From an uncultured Nitriliruptorales bacterium (GTDB lineage: Bacteria; Actinomycetota; Nitriliruptoria; Nitriliruptorales; Nitriliruptoraceae), in assembly GCA_963735045.1 (NCBI GenBank), contig CAVTIZ010000003.1:419717-451716 (forward strand): a stretch of DNA of 32,000 nt. Reading direction: 5' to 3'. Below the pieces are notes generated by a model. The model was not told the DNA's origin. It saw only the letters and a list, made by a program, of their open reading frames with translations, and did not search any database. Numbering within the stretch: the stretch's first letter is position 1; every line of letters begins with the position of its first letter. This document shows, in pieces, positions 25,399-32,000 of the stretch. The position numbers and the translations under genes were made by a program.

Positions 25399-27015
25399 AT
25401 GACGACACGATCCGCGGGTTCGGCCCGCCCCTCCCTGCACCTTCGTGGTGCCAGCTTCTCCCATTCCAGTGCCGTCGTGGTGCTCGATGAGGTCGACCTC
25501 GACGTCGGCCCGGGGCGCCACGGCCTGGTCGGTGCCAACGGTGCCGGCAAGACGACGGTGCTCGACCTGTTCGACGGCACGTCGACGCCCAACCGTGGCC
25601 GGGTCGACGTGCACGCCGACGGTCCGGTGGTCCGCGTGCGCCAGCGCCTCGGCGCGCCCACCCCGCCGGTGACGGCGTTCGCGACCCGGTGGGACGCCGA
25701 GGCCGTCACCTGGCGTCGTCGCTTCGACCTCGACGTCGACGACCTCGCCGCCTGGGACACGCGGTCGCCGGGAACACGGATGCGATGGCAGGTGGCCGCG
25801 GCCCTGGACGCGCGCCCCGACGTCCTGCTGCTGGACGAGCCCACCAACCACCTCGACGGGTCGGCGCGCGCGGCCGTCGTCGACGCGCTGGCCGCGGCCG
25901 ACGTCCCCCTGGTGGTCCTGGTCAGCCATGACCGGGCGGTCCTTGACGCGGTGACCGACACGACCCTGCGCCTGGTCGATCGGCGGCTGACGCCGTGGGC
26001 GGGTGGCTGGTCACAGGCGTCGCGGGCGTGGGCGGAGCGCGATCGCGCCCGACGGGCGGCCCACGACCGGGCGCGGCACGAGGCGCGACGCGCCCAGCGG
26101 CTGGTCGCCGAGGCACGCACGGACCTGTCCGGTGTCGAACGGGGTGCTCGCGCGTCCCGGCGTCGCGCGGGCGCGCGCGACCACGACGCCCGCAGCTCGG
26201 CCGGCAAGGCCCACGCCGCCGCGGCCGCCAAGAGCCTGGCCGGACAGGTGTCGGCCCGGCGCTCGGCGGCCGACCGAGCCGTCGAGGAGGTGGCCGCGAC
26301 GTCACCGGGCCGTCGCCGGGGTGCGGCCATCACGGTCGCCTCGACGGTGTCGGACCGCGACCTGCTGGTGCACCTGGTGGCGCCGCAGGTGGCGGTCGGC
26401 GACCACGTCGTGGCCCGCGACGTGGACCTCGCCGTCGGTCCGCGGGACCGCATCCGGATCGACGGGAGCAACGGCGCCGGCAAGACCACGCTGGTCCGGG
26501 CGCTGGTGGCGGCCAGCCGGGTCGAGGTCGGCCTCCTGGACCAGGACGGCTCCTCGCGTGTCGGGCGTGGCGCCGGCCGCCGGGTTGCCGCGGGCGGCGA
26601 GTCGTCGATGGCCTGGCGCGACCGGCTGCTCGCCGGGGAGGACCGGCATCGGCTGCTGGCCGTGCTGGACCACCTCGGGGTGGACCCGGAGCGGATGCTG
26701 GCCTCGGCGCAGCCGACGCCGGGCGAGGAGCGCAAGCTCGCGCTTGCGGACCTGGTGGTGCGGCCACGCCCGCTGCTGGTGCTCGACGAGCCCACCAACC
26801 ACCTGGACGTGGCGTCCATCGTGGCGTTGCAGGACGCACTTGCCGACCATTCCGCCGCACTGGTGCTGGTCACCCACGACGAGGCGCTGGCCGCGGCCGT
26901 GACCGAGCGGACGTGGCGGATCGCGGACGGTCGTGTCCGGGTCGCCCCTGCAGACCCCGATGCCATCCCGGACGGGCATGTGGTCGAACGCGGGTGGCTA
27001 CCGTCCGGCCCATGA
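25399..27015 (+). CDS. ABC-F-like soluble ATPase (two ABC domains, Arg/Ala-rich linker, no TM domain), 538 aa
   Basis: It has Walker A GANGAGKT and GSNGAGKT, Walker B LLLDEPTNHLD and LVLDEPTNHLD, and H-loops VSHD and VTHD. The signature motifs are atypical (SPGTRMR and TPGEERK). GAGG lies 8 nt upstream of ATG 25399. Confidence 0.8.
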   Translation: MTTRSAGSARPSLHLRGASFSHSSAVVVLDEVDLDVGPGRHGLVGANGAGKTTVLDLFDGTSTPNRGRVDVHADGPVVRVRQRLGAPTPPVTAFATRWDAEAVTWRRRFDLDVDDLAAWDTRSPGTRMRWQVAAALDARPDVLLLDEPTNHLDGSARAAVVDALAAADVPLVVLVSHDRAVLDAVTDTTLRLVDRRLTPWAGGWSQASRAWAERDRARRAAHDRARHEARRAQRLVAEARTDLSGVERGARASRRRAGARDHDARSSAGKAHAAAAAKSLAGQVSARRSAADRAVEEVAATSPGRRRGAAITVASTVSDRDLLVHLVAPQVAVGDHVVARDVDLAVGPRDRIRIDGSNGAGKTTLVRALVAASRVEVGLLDQDGSSRVGRGAGRRVAAGGESSMAWRDRLLAGEDRHRLLAVLDHLGVDPERMLASAQPTPGEERKLALADLVVRPRPLLVLDEPTNHLDVASIVALQDALADHSAALVLVTHDEALAAAVTERTWRIADGRVRVAPADPDAIPDGHVVERGWLPSGP

Positions 27016-27730
27016 GCTCCCGACCCCGCGCCCGTTCGTGACCACGCCCGACGAGGGCGTCCGGCAGTGGCGCTTCCGCGTTCCGCCGGGTGCGACCGAC
27101 CTGGTGCTGGTGCGTCACGGCGAGTCCCGCGCCGCCGTCCCCGGGCACACCTTCCCGGTGCGCGACGGCCATGCCGACCCACCCCTGGCCGACGTCGGCC
27201 ATCGTGAGGCGGCCGCGGTCGGCGAGCGCCTCTCCGGGCTCGGCGTGGAGGCCATCGTGACCTCGGGGCTGACCCGAACGATGCAGACGGCCGCTCCGCT
27301 GGCAGCTCGCCTCGGCCTCGAGCCCACGATCGAACCGGACCTTCGCGAGGTCCACCTCGGGGACTGGGACGGGGGGGAGTACCGCCTCCGCGCCGCCGCC
27401 GGCGACCCGCTGGTACGCGAGGTGTTCCAGCGGCGGGACTGGGGGGTCATCCCCAACGCCGAACCGTTGGTCGACTTCTCGACGCGGGTGCGCCGGGGCG
27501 TCGAGCGGGTCGCCGCCGACCACGTCGACCGCCGCGTGGTGGTCGTGGTGCATGGTGGGGTCATCGGGGCGGTGCTGGCGATGGCGACCGACAGTGACCC
27601 GTTCGCGTTCGTCGGCGCCGCCAACGCCTCGATCAGCCAGGTCGTGGTCACGCCCGAGCGCTGGATCCTGCGTCGCTACAACGACACCGCCCACCTCGCC
27701 ACCGACCTCGACGCCGACGAGTCAGGCTGA
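26978..27730 (+). CDS. Histidine phosphatase (phosphoglycerate mutase-like) family protein
   Basis: It has the catalytic LVLVRHGES motif and a later HGGVI. The start is uncertain (GTG 26933, ATG 26978 or GTG 27038). It overlaps or abuts the ABC-F stop at 27015. Confidence 0.75.
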   Translation: MWSNAGGYRPAHELPTPRPFVTTPDEGVRQWRFRVPPGATDLVLVRHGESRAAVPGHTFPVRDGHADPPLADVGHREAAAVGERLSGLGVEAIVTSGLTRTMQTAAPLAARLGLEPTIEPDLREVHLGDWDGGEYRLRAAAGDPLVREVFQRRDWGVIPNAEPLVDFSTRVRRGVERVAADHVDRRVVVVVHGGVIGAVLAMATDSDPFAFVGAANASISQVVVTPERWILRRYNDTAHLATDLDADESG

Positions 27731-27767
27731 GCGCGATGGCCTCCACGAGCGGGTTCGTGTGGGGAGG

Positions 27768-28442
27768 TCAGCAGCGCTCGCCGGCCCGGACCGCGACGTC
27801 GAGGGTGTTGGACGCAGGTGCCAGCGGGCACGACCAGCGGTCGTCGTGGACACATGACGGGTGGTAGGCGAAGTTGAAGTCGAGCACCACCCGGTCGCCG
27901 TCGTGGCCCAGGTCCGCCCCCTTGACGGTGTCCAGCAGGTAGCGGCCGCCGCCGTAGGTCTCCTCACCGTTGGTGGCGTCCCGGAACGGCAGGAACAGCC
28001 CACCGCCGTAGCCCGTCAGCCACAGCACCTCGAGGTCGAGGTCGTGGCCGTCGCGGTGGGCGTGCAGACGCCCCAGCGGGGTGAAGGGGGTCACCCCGGC
28101 GCCCGAGTGCTCGACGTCGACGGGATCGACCCCGGCCGGTTCGGCATCCGCCGTTTCGATGGGGGCCGTTTCGATGGGGGCCGTTTCGATGGGGGCCGGT
28201 TCGAAGGTTGCCACCAGCCGCCAGGTCGGGTCGTGGTCGAACAGGGGGATCCCGGCGAAGCCGTCGCGGTCCTCGATCGGCGACTGGGGATGGCCGGCGA
28301 ACAGCTCGTCGCGGGTGTGGACCCAGTCCCGCCATGCGGTGACCGGGTCGTCGGTCGCGCGGACCCGGTGGTAGCAGTCCGCCACGCGGCGGCGGTAGTC
28401 CAGCAGGGACAGGTCCACGGGTTCACCACGATCGGCAGGCAC
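27768..28442 (-). CDS. DUF1684 domain protein, about 224 aa
   Basis: It has the characteristic C-terminal motifs TYGGGRYL and DFNFAYHPSCVHDDRWSCPLAP. Its GTG start at 28442 is inferred, as there is no in-frame ATG nearby. Confidence 0.8.
   Translation of the reverse strand: MPADRGEPVDLSLLDYRRRVADCYHRVRATDDPVTAWRDWVHTRDELFAGHPQSPIEDRDGFAGIPLFDHDPTWRLVATFEPAPIETAPIETAPIETADAEPAGVDPVDVEHSGAGVTPFTPLGRLHAHRDGHDLDLEVLWLTGYGGGLFLPFRDATNGEETYGGGRYLLDTVKGADLGHDGDRVVLDFNFAYHPSCVHDDRWSCPLAPASNTLDVAVRAGERC
28151..28210 (-). repeat. In-frame 15-bp tandem repeat, three perfect copies plus one decayed, encoding (APIET)3 inside DUF1684
   Basis: CCGTTTCGATGGGGG occurs at 28151-28165, 28166-28180 and 28181-28195, followed by the degenerate CCGGTTCGAAGGTTG. 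The protein reads FEPAPIETAPIETAPIETADAEP. Confidence 0.9.
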
Positions 28443-28665
28443 GGGCGGGGGGAGGGTGGCGAGGGGCGGGGCCCGACGGGGGCCTCGACGTGGGCGGTCT
28501 CGGCCACCCGGACGACGGTAGGCGACCGCCCGGTGGGCGTGCACCACGTGGTCGCCGGCGTCGCAGCAGGCGCACGCCCGCGGTGCGATCCGGGCGGTCG
28601 TGGTCGCGCTCGGGCAGTCTCCGGACAGCACGCCCGCCGACGGCCCCGACGACCGAGGACGACCC

Positions 28666-29148
28666 ATGGATCCGCTCCAGGACGTGGCACCGGCGTTCCG
28701 CGACATGGCCCATCGCATCGTGTGGGCGACCGTGGCGACGGTCGCGACCGACGGACGGCCGCGCACGCGTGTCCTGCACCCGCTGTGGGAGTGGGACGGC
28801 GATCGGCTGGTCGGGTGGATCCTGACCAGCCCACGGTCACCCAAGCGCGCCGACCTCGACAACGAGTCCCGGGTGTCGTTGACCTACTGGGTGCCCGAGC
28901 AGGACACCTGCACGGCGGAGGCCGAGGTCACCTGGGTGCTCGACGACGACGGTCGGCGGGCGGCGTGGGACCGGTTCGCCAGCGCGCCGGAACCGGTGGG
29001 CTACGACCCGTCGATCGTCGCACCGTGGACGTCGCCCGACGTCGACGCCTTCGGGGCGCTCCGGCTGGAACCGACGTTGCTCCGGGTGATGGCCGGCGCC
29101 GTGATGCTCCAGGGCCGGGGACGGGTCCTGCAGTGGCGGTCGACGTGA
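28666..29148 (+). CDS. Pyridoxamine 5'-phosphate oxidase (PPOX) family protein, possibly a flavin/F420-dependent enzyme, 160 aa
   Basis: It has a split-barrel-like N-terminus (VWATVATVATDGRPRTRVLHPLWEWDG). GAGGA precedes ATG 28666. Confidence 0.7.
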   Translation: MDPLQDVAPAFRDMAHRIVWATVATVATDGRPRTRVLHPLWEWDGDRLVGWILTSPRSPKRADLDNESRVSLTYWVPEQDTCTAEAEVTWVLDDDGRRAAWDRFASAPEPVGYDPSIVAPWTSPDVDAFGALRLEPTLLRVMAGAVMLQGRGRVLQWRST

Positions 29149-29270
29149 GCGTGCGGGTCACCACGCCGGCCCGGCGGTCCGACCCCCTCCACGTCCAACC
29201 CGGCGCCCGGGTCACCCACGACCCGCGGTGATGGCGAACCGGACCGCGCGTGCGGGACAGGGGTACAGCG

Positions 29271-30758
29271 TCAGGTGGAGACGGTTTCGCTGTCGGACGC
29301 CGCGGTGACGTCGTGGGTGGCGAGCCACCGACGAAGGGCCAGCAACGGGACGATCGCGAGCGCGGCCACGGCCGCACCGACCAGGGTGGCCGTGGCGAAC
29401 CCGGACTCGATGGCGGTCGCCACGGCCCCGTCGGCGTCCACGTCACCCCCCTCGGCCAGCACACCCCGCACCAGTTCGACGTCCCCCGTCGCACGGGCCA
29501 CGACCAGCAGCAGCACCGCCCCGACCAGGGCGTTGCCCACGGCGAAGCCCTGGTTGCGGATGAACTGGTGGGCGGCGGTGGCACGACCCAGTTCGGCGGT
29601 CGGGACCAGGGCCTGCAACAACGTCAACCCGGAGTTCGTGGTCGCGCCCATGCCGGAGCCGGCAACCACCAGCAACCCGAAGATCCACACCAGCGACGCC
29701 GACGCACCGGCGGCCAGGCCGATCCCCAGAAGGGCCGGGGGCACCAGGGCGGCACCAGCCAGCGTCACGCTGAAGGGTTCGTGGCGATCCATCAGCCGGC
29801 TCGCCACGTTGGCCCCCGACGTCCAGCCGATCACGAAGAACAGCACCGACCACGCCGTCAGGGCCGGACCGCCACCGCGGGCCCCGCTGACCAGCAACGG
29901 CACGAACGACTGGGTGCCGATCGCGCCGACCAGCAGCAGGGCGATGGCCCACGCCAGCGGGCCGAGTGGCTGGGTCACGGTGTGGCGCGGGGCCACGAGT
30001 GCGTCGCTGCGACCGCGGTTGCGCCGCAGCACCAGCGCCCCGCACGCCACCGCGCCGACCAGCGACGGCACGGAGCGCCAGTCGAGGGCGTCCACCGCGA
30101 CCAGCGACAGCAGCGTGAAGCCCGTGAGCAGGGCCAGGTTGAGCGGGTCCAGCCGGGCAGAGCCAGTGGCGTCCTGACGCGGCCCGGGCAGGGCTCGCCA
30201 CCCGACCGCCAACGCCAGCAGGCCCAGTGGGAGGTTCACCAGGAACACCCACCGCCACGACGCGACCGCCAGCAGGCCGGCGGTGATCGCCGGCCCCGCG
30301 ACGCCCATCACGCCCCACACGGTGGTGTTGGCGGCGAAGGCGCGTCCCACCAGCCTGCGCGGGAACACCAGGCCGACGGCCGACAGCCCCACGGCGTTGA
30401 CCGCGCCGGCACCGATGCCCTGGAGCACGCGCGCCGCCACCAGCAACGGCATGGTCGGGGCGATCCCGGCCAGGACCCCGCCGACCGTGAACACCGCGAC
30501 CGACACGCGGAACACCCTGGCCACGCCGACCCGGTCGACCAGGGCCCCGGCGGCGATCGTGGCGACCCCGGAGGTCAGCAGGTAGGACGTGATCACCCAG
30601 GGCAGGAGCGCCACGCCACCCAGGTCCGCGGCCAGTTGTGGCAGCGCGGCCGCCACCGCCAGTCCCTCGAAGGCCGACAGCGCCACGGTCAACAGGATCG
30701 CCAGCGTGGCCCCGCGCACCCGGGGGTCGAAGATGGAGGTGGGAGCGGACACGGTCAT
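29271..30758 (-). CDS. MFS transporter (14-TM, DHA2-like drug:H+ antiporter type), 495 aa
   Basis: It is a multi-TM hydrophobic protein with an MFS motif-A-like region (GALVDRVGVARVFRVS). It lies 40 nt downstream of mtr on the same strand. Confidence 0.9.
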   Translation of the reverse strand: MTVSAPTSIFDPRVRGATLAILLTVALSAFEGLAVAAALPQLAADLGGVALLPWVITSYLLTSGVATIAAGALVDRVGVARVFRVSVAVFTVGGVLAGIAPTMPLLVAARVLQGIGAGAVNAVGLSAVGLVFPRRLVGRAFAANTTVWGVMGVAGPAITAGLLAVASWRWVFLVNLPLGLLALAVGWRALPGPRQDATGSARLDPLNLALLTGFTLLSLVAVDALDWRSVPSLVGAVACGALVLRRNRGRSDALVAPRHTVTQPLGPLAWAIALLLVGAIGTQSFVPLLVSGARGGGPALTAWSVLFFVIGWTSGANVASRLMDRHEPFSVTLAGAALVPPALLGIGLAAGASASLVWIFGLLVVAGSGMGATTNSGLTLLQALVPTAELGRATAAHQFIRNQGFAVGNALVGAVLLLVVARATGDVELVRGVLAEGGDVDADGAVATAIESGFATATLVGAAVAALAIVPLLALRRWLATHDVTAASDSETVST

Positions 30759-30798
30759 CCAGCGGTCGATGTCGTGGCGGGGATGGTCCGGTGGGACC

Positions 30799-32000
30799 TC
30801 ACACGGCCAGCAGGGCCTGTTCCACGACCTCCGGGAGGCCGGGGTGGATCCACCACTGGCCCCGGGCGATCTCGTCGACGGTCTGGCCGAACTGCATGCC
30901 CTGGATCAACGGTTGGATCAGGCTGGGGGCCTCCGGGCCGATGACGTGGGCACCCAGCAGCAGCCGGGTCGCCGGGTCGACCAGCACCTTGACCGCACTG
31001 GTCGTGTCCTCCATCGCCCAGCCGTAGGCGGCCCCGGCATAGTCGTGCACCGCCGACAGGTAGGCGATGTCCCGCGCGATCGCCTCGTGTTCGGTCAGGC
31101 CCACGCTGGCGACCTGGGGGGAGCCGAACACGGCATGGGGGACCGGGCCGAGACCCGACACGATCGGGTCGTCGGGATGCACCACGTTGTGGGCCACGAG
31201 CCGGGCGTCGGCGTTGGCCTTGTGCTTGAGCTGGATCGGTGACGACAGGTCCCCCAGCGCCCAGATTCCCGGCACCGAGGTCTGCTGGCGGTCGTCGACG
31301 ACCACGTAGCCGCGGTCGTCGACCTCCACGCCGGCGGCGGCCACCTCCAGGGTGTCACTGTTGGGCACCCGACCGGTCGCGACCAGCAGGACGTCGCCGC
31401 GCACCTCGCCGGACCGGCCGTCGTTGCGCGTGGTCGACACGACGACGTCGCCACCGTCGTCGTGCACGCGGTCGACGTGGGTGGCCAGGTGCAGCTCGAA
31501 CCGGTCGTCGTAGGCCGCGGTGACGCGATCGGCGACCTCGGGGTCGGCCGTGGAGAGCAGCTGGGGGCTGCGGGCGATCACCGACACGTCGCTGCCCAGC
31601 GCCCCGAACACGTGCGCGAGTTCGACCGCCACGTAGCCACCGCCGATCACGACCAGGTGGCGAGGCAGCTCGTCCAGGCGCATGATCGTGGCCGACGTGT
31701 GGTGGTCGACGGTGTCCAGCCCCGGGACGTCGGGCACGAACGGTCGCGCCCCGGCGGCCAGCACGAACCGGTCGGCGGTCAGGACCCGGTCGGCGACCTG
31801 CAGGCGTTTGGGTCCCACGAACCGACCGTGGTCGCGGTACAGGTCCACGTTGGGACTGGACTCGCGGTAGGCCCGGCCGGACACCGCGATCGGGTCGATC
31901 CGCCCGAAGATCCGGTCACGGATGGCGGGCCAGTCGGCGCCCGCGAAGCGGGTGTCGAGGCCGAACTTCTCACTGGTCGCCGCCGACCGCGCCACGTCGG
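30799..32000 (-). CDS. mtr: Pyridine nucleotide-disulfide oxidoreductase, mycothione-reductase-like; the N-terminus lies beyond the right window edge
   Basis: It has GIWALGD, an NAD-binding VVIGGGYVAVELAHVF and the C-terminal dimerisation motif WWIHPGLPEVVEQALL, which resembles mycothione reductase. The redox-active CxxxxC region is not in the window. Confidence 0.75.
   Translation of the reverse strand, partial: DVARSAATSEKFGLDTRFAGADWPAIRDRIFGRIDPIAVSGRAYRESSPNVDLYRDHGRFVGPKRLQVADRVLTADRFVLAAGARPFVPDVPGLDTVDHHTSATIMRLDELPRHLVVIGGGYVAVELAHVFGALGSDVSVIARSPQLLSTADPEVADRVTAAYDDRFELHLATHVDRVHDDGGDVVVSTTRNDGRSGEVRGDVLLVATGRVPNSDTLEVAAAGVEVDDRGYVVVDDRQQTSVPGIWALGDLSSPIQLKHKANADARLVAHNVVHPDDPIVSGLGPVPHAVFGSPQVASVGLTEHEAIARDIAYLSAVHDYAGAAYGWAMEDTTSAVKVLVDPATRLLLGAHVIGPEAPSLIQPLIQGMQFGQTVDEIARGQWWIHPGLPEVVEQALLAV

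Noticed and set aside
24975-27182. The upstream two thirds of the 1167-aa minus-strand ORF 23679-27182.
   Set aside because: It is antisense to the ABC-F gene and has no motifs. The real ABC ATPase starts at ATG 24974, which has a good SD.
28196-28204. A GGTTCGAA string resembling a tRNA T-loop.
   Set aside because: It lies inside the DUF1684 coding repeat, and no acceptor or anticodon stems can be drawn around it. I found no tRNA-like cloverleaf anywhere in the window.
28443-28480. A G-run motif (GGGCGGGGGGAGGGTGGCGAGGGGCGGGG) in the divergent DUF1684/PPOX spacer.
   Set aside because: It fits a G4 pattern, but it is short and isolated, with no associated repeat structure. In DNA this GC-rich such motifs are expected by chance.
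1-32000. A search for defence systems, a prophage or integrase, transposases, toxin-antitoxin pairs, biosynthetic clusters, and rRNA or other RNA genes.
   Set aside because: No recognisable nuclease, helicase, methylase-restriction, integrase, transposase, PKS/NRPS or RNA-gene signatures were seen on either strand. Composition looks uniform, with no obvious low-GC island apart from short promoter-like patches.

Overview
This is a very GC-rich, gene-dense chromosomal segment. It is most consistent with a core-genome region of an Actinomycetota member. Supporting genes are a mycothione-reductase-like gene, FdxA-type 7Fe ferredoxins, an iscS-mnmA pair, and FrhB-type and PPOX-type redox enzymes. 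Many long antisense ORFs are present, as is typical of high-GC DNA. I support 33 protein-coding genes, all from motifs read in the supplied translations; no database search was possible.

Gene order, left to right:
- two tandem ferredoxins and a translationally coupled methyltransferase
- a small HTH gene and a stand-alone Clp_N-domain gene
- pirin
- a DrrAB-like ABC exporter
- a ROK kinase and apt
- an operon of crotonase, fused E1 alpha/beta TPP dehydrogenase and a FrhB-like Fe-S protein
- a zinc-ribbon membrane protein
- a [2Fe-2S] ferredoxin-like gene coupled to dCMP deaminase
- a CoA-binding protein and a small membrane protein
- a YbaK-type deacylase
- an unknown gene coupled to TspO
- a secreted M1 peptidase, iscS, mnmA and ggt
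- a second ABC-2 exporter, and a divergent ABC-F-like ATPase with a histidine phosphatase
- DUF1684, a PPOX-family protein, an MFS transporter and mtr (cut by the window edge)

I found no rRNA, tRNA, CRISPR array, transposase, integrase, recognisable defence system or biosynthetic cluster. The region looks mostly ordinary, and nothing here can be called a new system from sequence alone.

The items most worth a second look are:
1. The 577-bp divergent intergenic region 11782-12358, which holds a 76-bp non-coding minisatellite flanked by mirrored G-tracts.
2. The orphan fused-E1 / FrhB-like / crotonase operon, which has no E2 or E3 gene nearby.
3. A promoter, leader mini-ORFs and an anti-SD pairing upstream of the ABC-F-like gene.
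4. The HTH and Clp_N two-gene module, whose promoter is overlapped by operator-like palindromes.
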